From a bacterium (GTDB lineage Bacteria > Patescibacteriota > Patescibacteriia > UBA1558 > GWA2-36-10), in NCBI GenBank assembly GCA_018653315.1, contig JABIAL010000007.1, forward strand, positions 11,348 through 75,347: DNA of 64,000 bases. The letters run 5' to 3'. Numbering within the stretch: position 1 is the first letter of the stretch; each line of letters opens with the position of its first letter. Both the position numbers and the translations under genes were made by a program. The notes below the pieces were generated by a model. The model was not told where the DNA came from. It searched no databases and saw only the letters and a list, made by a program, of their open reading frames with translations. Positions 1 through 8,834 of the stretch are shown one piece after another.

Positions 1-270
1 ATCAATCATATACCGGAAGCTGAAAAAACAAGCTCTTGGGCAGTTGGCTTAGAACACATCTTGAAAATGTGGGAAACATTTTTGTCAGATCATAGTGTTA
101 CTCGTATCAAGACTTTAGGTGAAGAATTTAATCCTCATATTCACGAAGCTTTAGATCAAGTAAATGAGGAAGACAAAAAAGACCAAGAAATCGTTGAAGA
201 AAAACAAGCTGGTTTTATGCTCAATGAAGACGTCATAAGACCTGCCAAAGTTATTATAAATAATAAGTAA
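1..270 (+). CDS. grpE: Nucleotide exchange factor GrpE, 5'-partial (runs off window start)
   Basis: Open frame from base 1; C-terminal GrpE motifs FNPHIHEAL and GFMLNEDVIRPAKVII; upstream of dnaK/dnaJ. Confidence 0.93.
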   Translation: MNHIPEAEKTSSWAVGLEHILKMWETFLSDHSVTRIKTLGEEFNPHIHEALDQVNEEDKKDQEIVEEKQAGFMLNEDVIRPAKVIINNK

Positions 271-278
271 TAAATATT

Positions 279-668
279 ATGTCATTAATACCATGGAGTC
301 CCTTTTTGGACACTTTTGAAAATTTGGAAAATACAGATTTTTTGCCGGCTATCGATGTTTATGAAGATCATGATCAAGTCATAGTTGAGGCAAGTTTAGC
401 TGGTATTAGCCCGGAGGACGTCAATATTTCCGTTAAAGATGATATTTTCAATCTAGAAGGCACTCGTCGAGAAACTTCAGAGATAGATGAAAAAAACTAT
501 TACCGCAAAGAAGTGCGTACCGGGTCTTTTCATCGCTCAGTTATTTTGCCGGCTTCAGTACAAGCCGATAAAGCTGAGGCTAATTTTGATAACGGATTAT
601 TGAAAGTAGTTTTACCAAAAGAAGCTCACGCTAAATCTAAAAACATTGAGATTAAAATTAAAAAATAA
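279..668 (+). CDS. Hsp20/alpha-crystallin small heat-shock protein
   Basis: PAIDVYED, GSFHRSVILP and AEANFDNGLLKVVLPK motifs. Confidence 0.95.
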   Translation: MSLIPWSPFLDTFENLENTDFLPAIDVYEDHDQVIVEASLAGISPEDVNISVKDDIFNLEGTRRETSEIDEKNYYRKEVRTGSFHRSVILPASVQADKAEANFDNGLLKVVLPKEAHAKSKNIEIKIKK

Positions 669-1000
669 TGATAAATTCCAACAGTCCATTAAATATAAAG
701 TTGATCAAGAAATGTCCAGTTTGTGCTAGTGAGTACAATCAGTCTCAAATTCAAGTGCTACACGAAAGTGATTATGGATTATTGACTTATGCCACCTGTC
801 GCAAGTGTAGTTCAAATTTATTAACCAAGTTCTCTTCATTGCCACAAGGCATTGTCGGTAACGCCATTTTGACCGATTTGAAACCACAAGAAGTATTAGA
901 CTTTGCCATTGGCGATGATCTAGATGCCGATCAAGTTTTAGACATGCAAACAATGATAAAAAATAATCAATTAATAAATAATTTTAAAGAAATAATTTAA
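668..1000 (+). CDS. Hypothetical protein with two CxxC motifs (putative Zn-binding) in the chaperone operon
   Basis: CPVC and CRKC; TAATG overlap with hsp20 stop. Confidence 0.75.
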   Translation: MINSNSPLNIKLIKKCPVCASEYNQSQIQVLHESDYGLLTYATCRKCSSNLLTKFSSLPQGIVGNAILTDLKPQEVLDFAIGDDLDADQVLDMQTMIKNNQLINNFKEII

Positions 1001-1007
1001 AAAACAT

Positions 1008-2987
1008 ATGGGAAAAATTTTAGGAATCGATTTAGGTACTACTAATTCAGCCTTCGCTATTATCGAAGGTGGTCAACCAAAGATTTTGGAAAACAAAGAA
1101 GGTAGTAGAACTACTCCTTCTATGGTCGCTATTTCAAAAAATGGTGAACGCTTAGTAGGTATGCCGGCTAAACGTCAGGCAGTAACCAATCCAGAAAACA
1201 CAATTTTTTCAGTCAAGCGTTTGATCGGACGTAAATTTAGCGATGAGGCAGTAGCTGAAGATATCAAGACCGTGCCTTACAAAATTGTTCAGGATGGCGT
1301 GGGTGTAAAAGTTGCTATGAGTGGCAAAGATCATAGTCCACAAGAAATTTCTGCTATGATTTTGCAAAAGATCAAAGCTGATGCTGAAAGTAAATTAGGT
1401 GAACCAATCACCGAAGCTGTTATTACTGTGCCTGCTTATTTTGATGATTCACAAAGACAAGCTACCAAAGATGCTGGTAAAATTGCCGGTTTAGAAGTAA
1501 AAAGAATTATAAACGAACCAACAGCAGCAGCACTAGCTTATGGATTTGATAAAAAGAAAGATCAACAAGTAGTTGTTTATGATCTGGGTGGTGGTACTTT
1601 TGATGTTTCTGTTTTAGATGTTTCTGCAGATACTGTAGAGGTAAAGTCTACAAATGGCGATACTCATTTGGGTGGCGATGACTTTGATCAAGTTATTATC
1701 AAATGGATTTTGGAAGAATATAAAAAACAAGAAGGATTAGACTTATCCAATGATAATTTAGCTTTGCAAAGACTGAAAGAATCAGCTGAAAAAGCTAAGA
1801 TTGAGCTTTCTTCTTCTATGGAAACTGAAATCAATCAGCCATTTATCACTACTGATGAATCTGGTCCAAAGCATTTGGTGATGAAAATGACTCGTGCTCA
1901 ACTAGAAGATTTAGTTGGTGATTTAGTGACTAAGACTTTAGAGCCATGTAAAAAGGCTTTAGCTGATGCTAAATTAGAGGTCAAAGATATTGAGGAAGTT
2001 ATTATGGTTGGTGGTATGACTCGTATGCCACTTGTCCTAAAGAAAGTTGAAGAATTTTTTGGCAAAAAACCAAATGTTTCTGTAAACCCTGACGAAGTAG
2101 TAGCCTTAGGTGCAGCTGTACAAGCTGGAGTTTTGCAAGGTGATGTCAAAGATGTTTTATTGCTAGACGTAACTCCACTTACTTTGGGTATTGAAACTAT
2201 GGGTGGTGTCCGTACTCCATTGATTGATCGTAATACAACTATCCCAGCTTCAAAAACTCAGACCTTCTCTACTGCCGCTGATAGTCAGCCCAGTGTAGAG
2301 ATCCATGTCTTACAAGGTGAACGTGAGATGGCAGGGGATAATAAAACTTTAGGTAGATTTACTTTGACTGGTATTCCTCCAGCACCACGTGGTGTTCCTC
2401 AAATTGAAGTAAGTTTTGATATTGATGCTAATGGTATTTTGCATGTCAAAGCTGTAGATAAAGGAACTGGTACTGAACAAAAGATTACTATCCAAGCAAG
2501 CTCTGGTTTATCTGATGCTGATATTGAGAAAATGCAAAAGGATGCTGAGGTTCATGCTGATGAAGATAAGAAAAAGAAAGAAGCAGTGGAAACTCGTAAC
2601 TCTGCTGATAATATTGTTTTCCAAACTGAAAAATTTATCAAAGACAATGGAGATAAATTTAAAGAAGAAGATAAAAAAGAAATGGAAGACAAAACTGAAG
2701 CTCTTAAGAAAGTAAAAGACGGCGAAGATTTAGAAGCTATTAAAACTGCTACTAAAGATCTGGAAGAAGTTGTCCAAAAGATTGGGGCTGCAATGTATCA
2801 AAACCAATCAACCGAACAATCTAAGCCAGGTGAAGCTGATCCAAATGCAGATGCTGCTTCAGGTGAAGAGAAGAAAGAAGACACAGCTGAAGGCGACTTC
2901 GAAGATGTCAAACCATCCTCCGCCGAGGCTACGGATGGCAGGGAAGAAGACAAGAAAGAAGAAACTAAAACAGAAGAAACTAAATAA
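1008..2987 (+). CDS. dnaK: Chaperone DnaK (Hsp70)
   Basis: [41 protein letters not shown]. Confidence 0.99.
   Translation: MGKILGIDLGTTNSAFAIIEGGQPKILENKEGSRTTPSMVAISKNGERLVGMPAKRQAVTNPENTIFSVKRLIGRKFSDEAVAEDIKTVPYKIVQDGVGVKVAMSGKDHSPQEISAMILQKIKADAESKLGEPITEAVITVPAYFDDSQRQATKDAGKIAGLEVKRIINEPTAAALAYGFDKKKDQQVVVYDLGGGTFDVSVLDVSADTVEVKSTNGDTHLGGDDFDQVIIKWILEEYKKQEGLDLSNDNLALQRLKESAEKAKIELSSSMETEINQPFITTDESGPKHLVMKMTRAQLEDLVGDLVTKTLEPCKKALADAKLEVKDIEEVIMVGGMTRMPLVLKKVEEFFGKKPNVSVNPDEVVALGAAVQAGVLQGDVKDVLLLDVTPLTLGIETMGGVRTPLIDRNTTIPASKTQTFSTAADSQPSVEIHVLQGEREMAGDNKTLGRFTLTGIPPAPRGVPQIEVSFDIDANGILHVKAVDKGTGTEQKITIQASSGLSDADIEKMQKDAEVHADEDKKKKEAVETRNSADNIVFQTEKFIKDNGDKFKEEDKKEMEDKTEALKKVKDGEDLEAIKTATKDLEEVVQKIGAAMYQNQSTEQSKPGEADPNADAASGEEKKEDTAEGDFEDVKPSSAEATDGREEDKKEETKTEETK
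2913..2942. repeat. GC-rich REP-like hairpin within the dnaK 3' coding tail (encodes [10 protein letters not shown])
   Basis: ccatcctccgccgaggctacggatggcagg; CCATCC/GGATGG inverted arms in an otherwise A-rich acidic tail. Confidence 0.55.
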
Positions 2988-4075
2988 TGTCCAAAGATTA
3001 TTACAAAATATTAGGCGTAGAAAAAAGTGCTTCGGCTGATGAAATAAAAAAAGCTTTTCGTAAAGTAGCTCATGAACATCATCCTGACAAAAATAATGGT
3101 CAAGATGAAAAGTTCAAAGAAGCCAATGAAGCTTATCAGACTTTGAGTGACAAAAGTAAACGCGCTCAATATGATCAATTTGGCAGTGCTTTTTCTGGTG
3201 GCCAAAGTGGTTTTGGCGGTGGTAATCCATTTGGGCAAGGCTTTGGCCAAGGTGGCGCTCAACAAACCGACTTTGATTTTGACTTAGGAGATATCTTTGG
3301 TAGTTTTTTTGGTGGACAAGGAGGCCAAGGTGGTGCAAGAGCTGGCCGGACTCAACGCGGATCTGATTTAGAAGTGAATTTAGAAATTACTTTGAAAGAA
3401 GCTGTCTTTGGTGTAAGTCACAATGTTTCTTTGCAAAGAAAAAGTCAGTGTCAGCCATGTCAGGGTACAGGTGCCAAAGAGGGTACTTCTTTTGATAAAT
3501 GTCCGACTTGTGATGGTGCCGGCCGAGTGACGACAACTATTTTGGGACAATTCCAGACACAGACTGCTTGTCCAGAATGTAGAGGCCAAGGTAAAAATAT
3601 TAAAGATAAATGTGGCGCTTGTAGTGGTCAAGGTATCACTGTCGAACATCAAGATATAAAAGTAGAGGTACCAGGTGGTATCGACACTGGTCAGTCTATT
3701 CGTCTCAGTGGACAAGGGGACAGTGGTGTTAATGGTGCGTCTGCTGGAGACTTGTATGTCAATATTCTCGTCAAACCTCAAGCTGATTTGGTGCGTGAAG
3801 GTTTTGATCTAATTTCTGAAATCAAAATTCCATTTACCATTGCAGCGATGGGCGGTGAAATAAAAGTAAATACAATAGACGGAAAAGTAAAATTAAAAAT
3901 CCCAACTGGTACTCAGAGTAATAAAAAATTTATTCTTCGCAATAAAGGTGTTACTAAATTGAAAAGCAGAGGACGAGGTGATCAGATTGTGATTATAGTT
4001 GTTGATGTGCCGACAAAACTGTCTAGAAAGCAGAAGAAACTTTTAGAAGAGTTGAGTAAAGAGTTGAATGATTAA
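2987..4075 (+). CDS. dnaJ: Chaperone DnaJ
   Basis: J-domain HPD, G/F-rich linker, four CxxCxGxG repeats. Confidence 0.99.
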   Translation: MSKDYYKILGVEKSASADEIKKAFRKVAHEHHPDKNNGQDEKFKEANEAYQTLSDKSKRAQYDQFGSAFSGGQSGFGGGNPFGQGFGQGGAQQTDFDFDLGDIFGSFFGGQGGQGGARAGRTQRGSDLEVNLEITLKEAVFGVSHNVSLQRKSQCQPCQGTGAKEGTSFDKCPTCDGAGRVTTTILGQFQTQTACPECRGQGKNIKDKCGACSGQGITVEHQDIKVEVPGGIDTGQSIRLSGQGDSGVNGASAGDLYVNILVKPQADLVREGFDLISEIKIPFTIAAMGGEIKVNTIDGKVKLKIPTGTQSNKKFILRNKGVTKLKSRGRGDQIVIIVVDVPTKLSRKQKKLLEELSKELND

Positions 4076-4077
4076 AA

Positions 4078-4106
4078 TAAAAGGCACCTTGGAAGAGGTG
4101 CTTTTT
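4078..4106 (+). terminator. Intrinsic terminator after dnaJ
   Basis: aaaaggcacc-ttggaaga-ggtgcttttt hairpin plus T-run. Confidence 0.8.
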
Positions 4107-4109
4107 GTA

Positions 4110-4140
4110 AATTGCTTGTTTATTTCAGTAGTGCTAAAAT
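4110..4140 (+). promoter_or_regulatory. Repeated 31-bp sigma70-like promoter, copy 1 (TTGCTT-17-TAAAAT, extended TGn)
   Basis: aattgcttgtttatttcagtagtgctaaaat; 28/31 identical to the copy at 10396. Confidence 0.7.
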
Positions 4141-4172
4141 ATACACAAGTTAATTTAACTCTAAGAAATATA

Positions 4173-4910
4173 ATGTGGTCAAAACAACAAATTGAATATC
4201 ATGAAAAAGCTGCGAAGTTGCTTATAAAAATCAAAGATTTAACATTTAAGCACATTCAAAACAACCGATCAATCTCTGAATATGAGATTCAGCAATTTGT
4301 GTTAGAAAAATTTCAGGAACATAACTTAGAAACAGACAAGTATCCGCCAATAGTTTCATATAACCAAAATTCTGCAACGCCTGAATTTTACCCTAAAAAA
4401 TCATCTGAAAAATTAAAAGATAATACTTTTATCTTAATTGATCTGTGGGCAAAATTAAAAATAAAAAATGCGCCTTTTGCGGATATCACTTGGCTTAGTT
4501 TTTATGGAAAAAAAGTTCCTACAGAGATTCAACAAGTATTTGATGTTGTCGTCACTGCTAGAGATGGAGCTCTAAAGTATATAGAAATACAATTAGAAAA
4601 TAATAAGATTCCAACAGGTAAGGATATTGAAAATGTTGCTTTTGAGATAATTAAAAAAGCCGGATTTGAAAAGAATATTTTACATGAACTGGGACACTCT
4701 TTGGGGATAGAACAAGATCATGGTCCTAAACCAAACTGGATTTATCAGAAAAATAAAAAGAGTCTTTTAAAAAATTTAGGCTACACGATTGAGCCAGGAA
4801 TTTATATTGAAAATAAATTTGGAATCCGTAGTGAAATTGATTTTTATATTTCAAGTGACGATAAATTGATTGTCACTACAGATTTGCAAAAAGAGATTAT
4901 CTTGTTATAA
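4173..4910 (+). CDS. M24 (Xaa-Pro aminopeptidase-like) metallopeptidase, catalytic domain only
   Basis: DLWAK, ADIT, HELGHSLG, TIEPGIY, GIRSE; start moved to MWSKQQ because the longer ORF crosses the terminator and promoter. Confidence 0.85.
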   Translation: MWSKQQIEYHEKAAKLLIKIKDLTFKHIQNNRSISEYEIQQFVLEKFQEHNLETDKYPPIVSYNQNSATPEFYPKKSSEKLKDNTFILIDLWAKLKIKNAPFADITWLSFYGKKVPTEIQQVFDVVVTARDGALKYIEIQLENNKIPTGKDIENVAFEIIKKAGFEKNILHELGHSLGIEQDHGPKPNWIYQKNKKSLLKNLGYTIEPGIYIENKFGIRSEIDFYISSDDKLIVTTDLQKEIILL

Positions 4911-4961
4911 AATAACCCTACCCCTTTTTGATGCTTCATTAATTTAAATTTAAAATTTTTT

Positions 4962-5426
4962 ATGAACAAAGAATTTAAACCAGAAATTTCTTTTAGCAAA
5001 GACAAGAGTAATTTAGAAATGCTACAAAAATCTTTGGAGTCAGAGGAAATTGATAAGGATATAATTCCAATTCTTGAAAAGTTTTTTTCTCTACCAATTA
5101 CTCCTCACCAAAGTTGTTACGGACACGCAGAAACAAACAAAGAGCCGTATTTAAGCTACGTAGATGACGAAACAACAAATGAGTCGGAACTCAGCATTCA
5201 AAGAAATTTCAAAGAAAAAATTATCGAATTAGTTGCGAGAATAAATCAACAAATCGGTAGTGAGGCTGTAAATATAAGCTTAGAAGAAGTTGATCACAAA
5301 AGAGGACCGAAAGATTATACATTACGATTTGAAATAATTGATAAAAAATCTTTTCTACAAAATGGTAAAAAAATATTAGCTATTATTTGGGACGAATTTT
5401 CTAAATATCTTGATGAGTTGAAATAA
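4962..5426 (+). CDS. Hypothetical protein (IDxxI...SCYGH motif, loosely TYW3-like N-terminus)
   Basis: 154-aa ORF with IDKDIIPIL...QSCYGH. Confidence 0.65.
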   Translation: MNKEFKPEISFSKDKSNLEMLQKSLESEEIDKDIIPILEKFFSLPITPHQSCYGHAETNKEPYLSYVDDETTNESELSIQRNFKEKIIELVARINQQIGSEAVNISLEEVDHKRGPKDYTLRFEIIDKKSFLQNGKKILAIIWDEFSKYLDELK

Positions 5427-5468
5427 AAAAATAAGCCACTCCTTTTTTACACGAATTAATTTAAAATG

Positions 5469-5501
5469 AAAAACCCTCGTCGTATAACACGCGAGGGTTT
5501 T
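5469..5501. terminator. Bidirectional terminator between convergent genes
   Basis: aaaaaccctcg...cgagggtttt. Confidence 0.8.
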
Positions 5502-5513
5502 GTGATTGGCTTA

Positions 5514-5864
5514 TTATAAGGTGAAGCCCAGAAAGCTACCACCCCTGATCATTGTAATAACAACAATCAGTATAAACTCGATTAGGCCTATGCCCATGGC
5601 CAGGAATATTCTCCAGTCTCGTTGCTTGACTCCATACAATGTAATGATTGAAAAATTGTATATCAGAAGCACATAGGTTTCAACTGAAATTCCTTCTACT
5701 GAACTTGCGTTGATTGCTTTCAGTAGTTGAGGAAATTGAGCAAGAGGACTGATGAAGACCGTGAGGCCAAATAAAATTTCGTACCACTTGGAATCAAGAA
5801 ACCATGACAGCCGATGATTCCAATAGTTGAAAAACGGTTCGAACAATAGCCGCATGGTATTCAT
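5514..5864 (-). CDS. PQ-loop/SemiSWEET-like small membrane protein
   Basis: FPQLLKAINASSVEGIS...LYG pattern, about 3 TM; AGGAG SD upstream. Confidence 0.7.
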   Translation of the reverse strand: MNTMRLLFEPFFNYWNHRLSWFLDSKWYEILFGLTVFISPLAQFPQLLKAINASSVEGISVETYVLLIYNFSIITLYGVKQRDWRIFLAMGIGLIEFILIVVITMIRGGSFLGFTL

Positions 5865-5919
5865 GGTTTACATTCTCCTATTTCGTTTTTTTTTGTTTTC
5901 ATTGAGGAGATGTCTCTGC

Positions 5920-6354
5920 TTACTTCCAAGTGAAGTATAACATCGGCATAATGATGACAAGGGATTGGATCGCCATCGACCAGATAGTATAGGCCTTAGG
6001 CAAGTCATTTTTTTTGGCATAATAGAGCGTGCGGAATATAAGCTCTATCGTGATGACAGTGATTAGCATGAGCGCGATAAATGCAGCTATAAAGAAGCGC
6101 TCTGAATTGATTGTAAAAGCTAATATAAAAAATGTAATAGCAATTACGATGAGCACAGAGTCCAATGCAACAAATGCAGTGATGAGAGCGTTAGCTGATG
6201 AGATGCATAGAGCGATTAATACAATAATGAGCGTAACAACGAATGGCGTAAAGATTTCGAATAGCACATTGTCATCTGTAATCTGTCTGGTAATAAAAAA
6301 TGTTGCCAGAGTAATTATTGTTATAATAATTTGCCACCAATTAAGCTTAGACAT
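5920..6354 (-). CDS. Orphan multi-TM membrane protein (paralog of 6939-7292)
   Basis: Hydrophobic 144 aa; GAGG SD; shares IITLAxFxITxxIxDD and KKNDL with 6939-7292. Confidence 0.7.
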   Translation of the reverse strand: MSKLNWWQIIITIITLATFFITRQITDDNVLFEIFTPFVVTLIIVLIALCISSANALITAFVALDSVLIVIAITFFILAFTINSERFFIAAFIALMLITVITIELIFRTLYYAKKNDLPKAYTIWSMAIQSLVIIMPMLYFTWK

Positions 6355-6407
6355 AATTGTTTCCTCTTACTTAAAATTGTAATGTACTTTGTATATAGTA
6401 ATATAAT

Positions 6408-6436
6408 AATATAGTATGTATTTGCTACTTTGTCAA
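6408..6436 (-). promoter_or_regulatory. Cassette promoter TTGACA-17-TATATT
   Basis: Minus strand ttgacaaagtagcaaatacatactatatt. Confidence 0.7.
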
Positions 6437-6450
6437 GATTAGGAGAAAAG

Positions 6451-6487
6451 AAAAAGCCCTCCGTATATTTTTATACGAAGGGTCTTT
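6451..6487 (-). terminator. Terminator of the 6513-6818 cassette
   Basis: aaaaagccctccgtata...tatacgaagggtcttt imperfect hairpin; T-run on the minus strand. Confidence 0.7.
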
Positions 6488-6512
6488 GATTTTGAAATGA
6501 AGACTTGATCAT

Positions 6513-6818
6513 CTATGCGACGATCATGTTAAATTTCGATCCATGATTTTTGCAAAAGAGCATCTTGATTCCGTGAAAGAATAGCTTAATGCTATTTATC
6601 AATAGCCATACAAGAATAAATGCAATTCCTGAGAGGGGGCCACTAAAAAATATTAGAGCTTCGGCATCATTGCGTTCACGATGATAGCGCTGCCATTGGT
6701 CACTACTTGCACAAGGTCCGGGTTCTCGATCTGGTTGTAGCTTTTTAGCTAACCATAGGCTACACATGCCCATGGTAATCCAGCTAATCACACCGATGGT
6801 TAAGTAAATGTATTCCAT
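6513..6818 (-). CDS. Orphan 2-TM membrane protein
   Basis: 101 aa, two hydrophobic segments; GGAG SD; own promoter and terminator. Confidence 0.7.
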   Translation of the reverse strand: MEYIYLTIGVISWITMGMCSLWLAKKLQPDREPGPCASSDQWQRYHRERNDAEALIFFSGPLSGIAFILVWLLINSIKLFFHGIKMLFCKNHGSKFNMIVA

Positions 6819-6860
6819 TTTCTTTCTCCAGCTTCGTTAATTGTTTGTGTTATGCTCTGA

Positions 6861-6889
6861 ATTATAGCATATATTATATATTTTGTCAA
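6861..6889 (-). promoter_or_regulatory. Perfect consensus promoter TTGACA-17-TATAAT with extended -10 (TGn)
   Basis: Minus strand ttgacaaaatatataatatatgctataat. Confidence 0.85.
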
Positions 6890-6904
6890 GGAGAGCAAAA
6901 AAAG
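6865..6904 (+). repeat. 40-bp direct repeat copy 1 (38/40 identical to 7330-7369)
   Basis: tagcatatattatatattttgtcaaggagagcaaaaaaag. Confidence 0.9.
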
Positions 6905-6938
6905 CAGGACCACCTTGTGGGGTGACCCTGAGACATGT

Positions 6939-7292
6939 TTACGCTAATGCGTAAGGATGTAATATAACATCGAAACGGTGATGATTATGAATATAACCGA
7001 AGGTAAATTCATTGTTCAAGTCGTTTTTCTTTGTGCAATCAGATTCGTATAATGCGACGGCTAATGCAATTGCTAAGGTGGCGACGCATATGGTGACGAG
7101 TGTGGTGAGTGCAACGTTTGTGTCAGTGGGTTTGTCGAGTGCGACGAATATAACGACGAGTGCGACGGTGAGTATGACGGCGAATACTGAGGACATAATG
7201 TCATCATTTATGGCATTTGTTATAATAAAGACAGCCAAGGTGATGATGATTATTATCAAATACTGCCAAAATAATTTACGCTTCTGATCCAT
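6939..7292 (-). CDS. Orphan TM protein, paralog of 5920-6354, probably frameshifted near its 3' end
   Basis: Start MDQKRK follows an AGGAG SD; a shifted frame near 7000 reads SVIFIIITVSMLYYILTH, resembling the paralog C-terminus. Confidence 0.6.
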   Translation of the reverse strand: MDQKRKLFWQYLIIIIITLAVFIITNAINDDIMSSVFAVILTVALVVIFVALDKPTDTNVALTTLVTICVATLAIALAVALYESDCTKKNDLNNEFTFGYIHNHHRFDVILHPYALA

Positions 7293-7329
7293 CTTTCTTA
7301 CTCCTAGTTTTAAAGAACATATCATATAA

Positions 7330-7369
7330 TAGCATATATTGTATATTTTGTCAAGGAGGGCAAAAAAAG
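7330..7369 (+). repeat. 40-bp direct repeat copy 2; overlaps minus-strand promoter TTGACA-17-TATTAT (7354-7326)
   Basis: tagcatatattgtatattttgtcaaggagggcaaaaaaag. Confidence 0.9.
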
Positions 7370-7373
7370 ATGT

Positions 7374-7404
7374 AATTGCCTGTTTATTTCAGTGATGGTA
7401 GAAT
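7374..7404 (+). promoter_or_regulatory. Repeated 31-bp promoter, copy 2 (TTGCCT-17-TAGAAT); ATG 6 nt downstream (likely leaderless)
   Basis: aattgcctgtttatttcagtgatggtagaat; 29/31 identical to 10396-10426. Confidence 0.75.
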
Positions 7405-7410
7405 TATGGT

Positions 7411-7917
7411 ATGAAAAAAATAAGTTTACAAGCTGAGCAAATCATGACAACCAATGATTTTCCAGTGCATAATGAGCAAGTTTTAAAGATATACTTTAAA
7501 ATTGCCAAAGCTAATCCAGAATTGTTACCAGTCACTCCAGTGATACATAAATCACTTGGCTTGTCAGTGTTAGGAGAAAAAGTTCAAAATTTTTTTGAAA
7601 AGAATTCGGAGCTGGAATATATCATGTGTGATGGTAGTCATAAGACCACTGCTTTGACTTTGACTGATAATCCCATCAACGCCATGTTGCTTGAGAGTGA
7701 TAATGATATAAAGGAGTTTAAAGCTTTGATAGACTCTGGAGAAATTTTTAGTTTTGCTTGTAGCGATTCAATAAAAGAGATATTAAAAGATAAGGCAGAG
7801 CATTTTGCTGAAGCTGAATTTTTTCAAACTGTAAAATCTAAGACTGACAGAATGGTTGATGAGAAAGTAATTCCTCAGTATATGATTGATTTTTATAAAA
7901 AAATAAAATTAACATAA
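7411..7917 (+). CDS. Hypothetical protein with ParB/Srx-like DGxH motif
   Basis: YIMCDGSHKTTAL resembles the ParB-N DGxHR motif. Confidence 0.6.
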   Translation: MKKISLQAEQIMTTNDFPVHNEQVLKIYFKIAKANPELLPVTPVIHKSLGLSVLGEKVQNFFEKNSELEYIMCDGSHKTTALTLTDNPINAMLLESDNDIKEFKALIDSGEIFSFACSDSIKEILKDKAEHFAEAEFFQTVKSKTDRMVDEKVIPQYMIDFYKKIKLT

Positions 7918-7921
7918 AAAT

Positions 7922-8677
7922 ATGACTAAAGATTTAACGAATCAATTTTTTGACATTAATAAATTTCCGGCTGAAGAAGGATTAGTTGTTTTCCCTATAT
8001 CAATGAATCGTATTTCAAATCCATCTCAAGGTGCTCAGATTTATTATGAATATTTAGGGCATTTTAATCCTGATAAAATTGTAAAATCAAATCCCAACTC
8101 AAAAGCTGGCGGAGTTTTTGTTTATACTGATTTTTTATATTTATACTCAGAAGAGCCTGCTTATAAATTAAAATATCGTTTTACGGACTTGATGATCAGC
8201 CACATGAAATCTTTTCAGAATATCTTAAAAAAAGATAAACATGTGGTTCAAGATTCTTTTTCTTACACAACATGGAGCCAACTTTATTTAAATAGTAATT
8301 TTGTTAGTTTTTTTGATAAACTTAAAAATATATATAAAAAAGATAAAGAATTTCAGAAATATTTGAAAGAGGATTTTGATAATCTTAAAAATACTAAATT
8401 AAGTTTTGATGAAAAGCAAATCGATTTTTTCTTAGAAGAACATTTAATGGCGCATTTAATAACTAAGGGACAAGTTTCTCTTTATAATAAATTTATTGAT
8501 GGGCGTGAAAATTGGATATTATTAGCTTATCCAGATAAACCACCGAAAGCCCTGACTTATTTATACCAAAAAGATTTTTTAAAATTAGATAATCCAAAAA
8601 ATGTTTACCAAGACTCCTGGTATGATTTAGAAGAGAAAAAGCTTTATGATCATCATAAGATTAATTTAAATATATGA
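7922..8677 (+). CDS. Putative tRNA-dependent cyclodipeptide synthase-like protein, copy A
   Basis: 251 aa; FPISM (Ser27), TTWSQL, FFLEEH, LAYPD in CDPS order; paralog of 10450-11217. ORF is solid, function is inferred. Confidence 0.55.
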   Translation: MTKDLTNQFFDINKFPAEEGLVVFPISMNRISNPSQGAQIYYEYLGHFNPDKIVKSNPNSKAGGVFVYTDFLYLYSEEPAYKLKYRFTDLMISHMKSFQNILKKDKHVVQDSFSYTTWSQLYLNSNFVSFFDKLKNIYKKDKEFQKYLKEDFDNLKNTKLSFDEKQIDFFLEEHLMAHLITKGQVSLYNKFIDGRENWILLAYPDKPPKALTYLYQKDFLKLDNPKNVYQDSWYDLEEKKLYDHHKINLNI

Positions 8678-8760
8678 CTAAAGATTTAACGAATCAATTT
8701 TTTGACATTAATAAACTTCCGGCTGAAGAAGGAATGCCTGTTTATTTTGTTTTAAAATAA
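8674..8760 (+). pseudogene. Truncated third copy of the CDPS-like gene (MTKDLTNQFFDINKLPAEEGMPVYFVLK*)
   Basis: First ~60 nt nearly identical to 7922-7980 and 10450-10510, then breaks off. Confidence 0.85.
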
Positions 8761-8803
8761 AAACCCCGTCCCTTTCTGTCTAGAAGACAAATTAGGACGA
8801 GGT
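8759..8803 (-). terminator. Terminator of the 8835-10251 cassette
   Basis: aaaaaccccgtcc...ggacgaggt long imperfect hairpin. Confidence 0.6.
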
Positions 8804-8834
8804 GACGCGCTGCAATGCACGCGGTTAGTGGTTA

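Noticed and set aside
4068-4172. Long N-terminal extensions in the ORF track (4068, 7325, 9746, 15287, 21431, 25323, 56334, 58354 starts)
   Set aside because: They run through terminators, promoters or neighbouring genes; downstream ATGs fit the motifs and leaders better.
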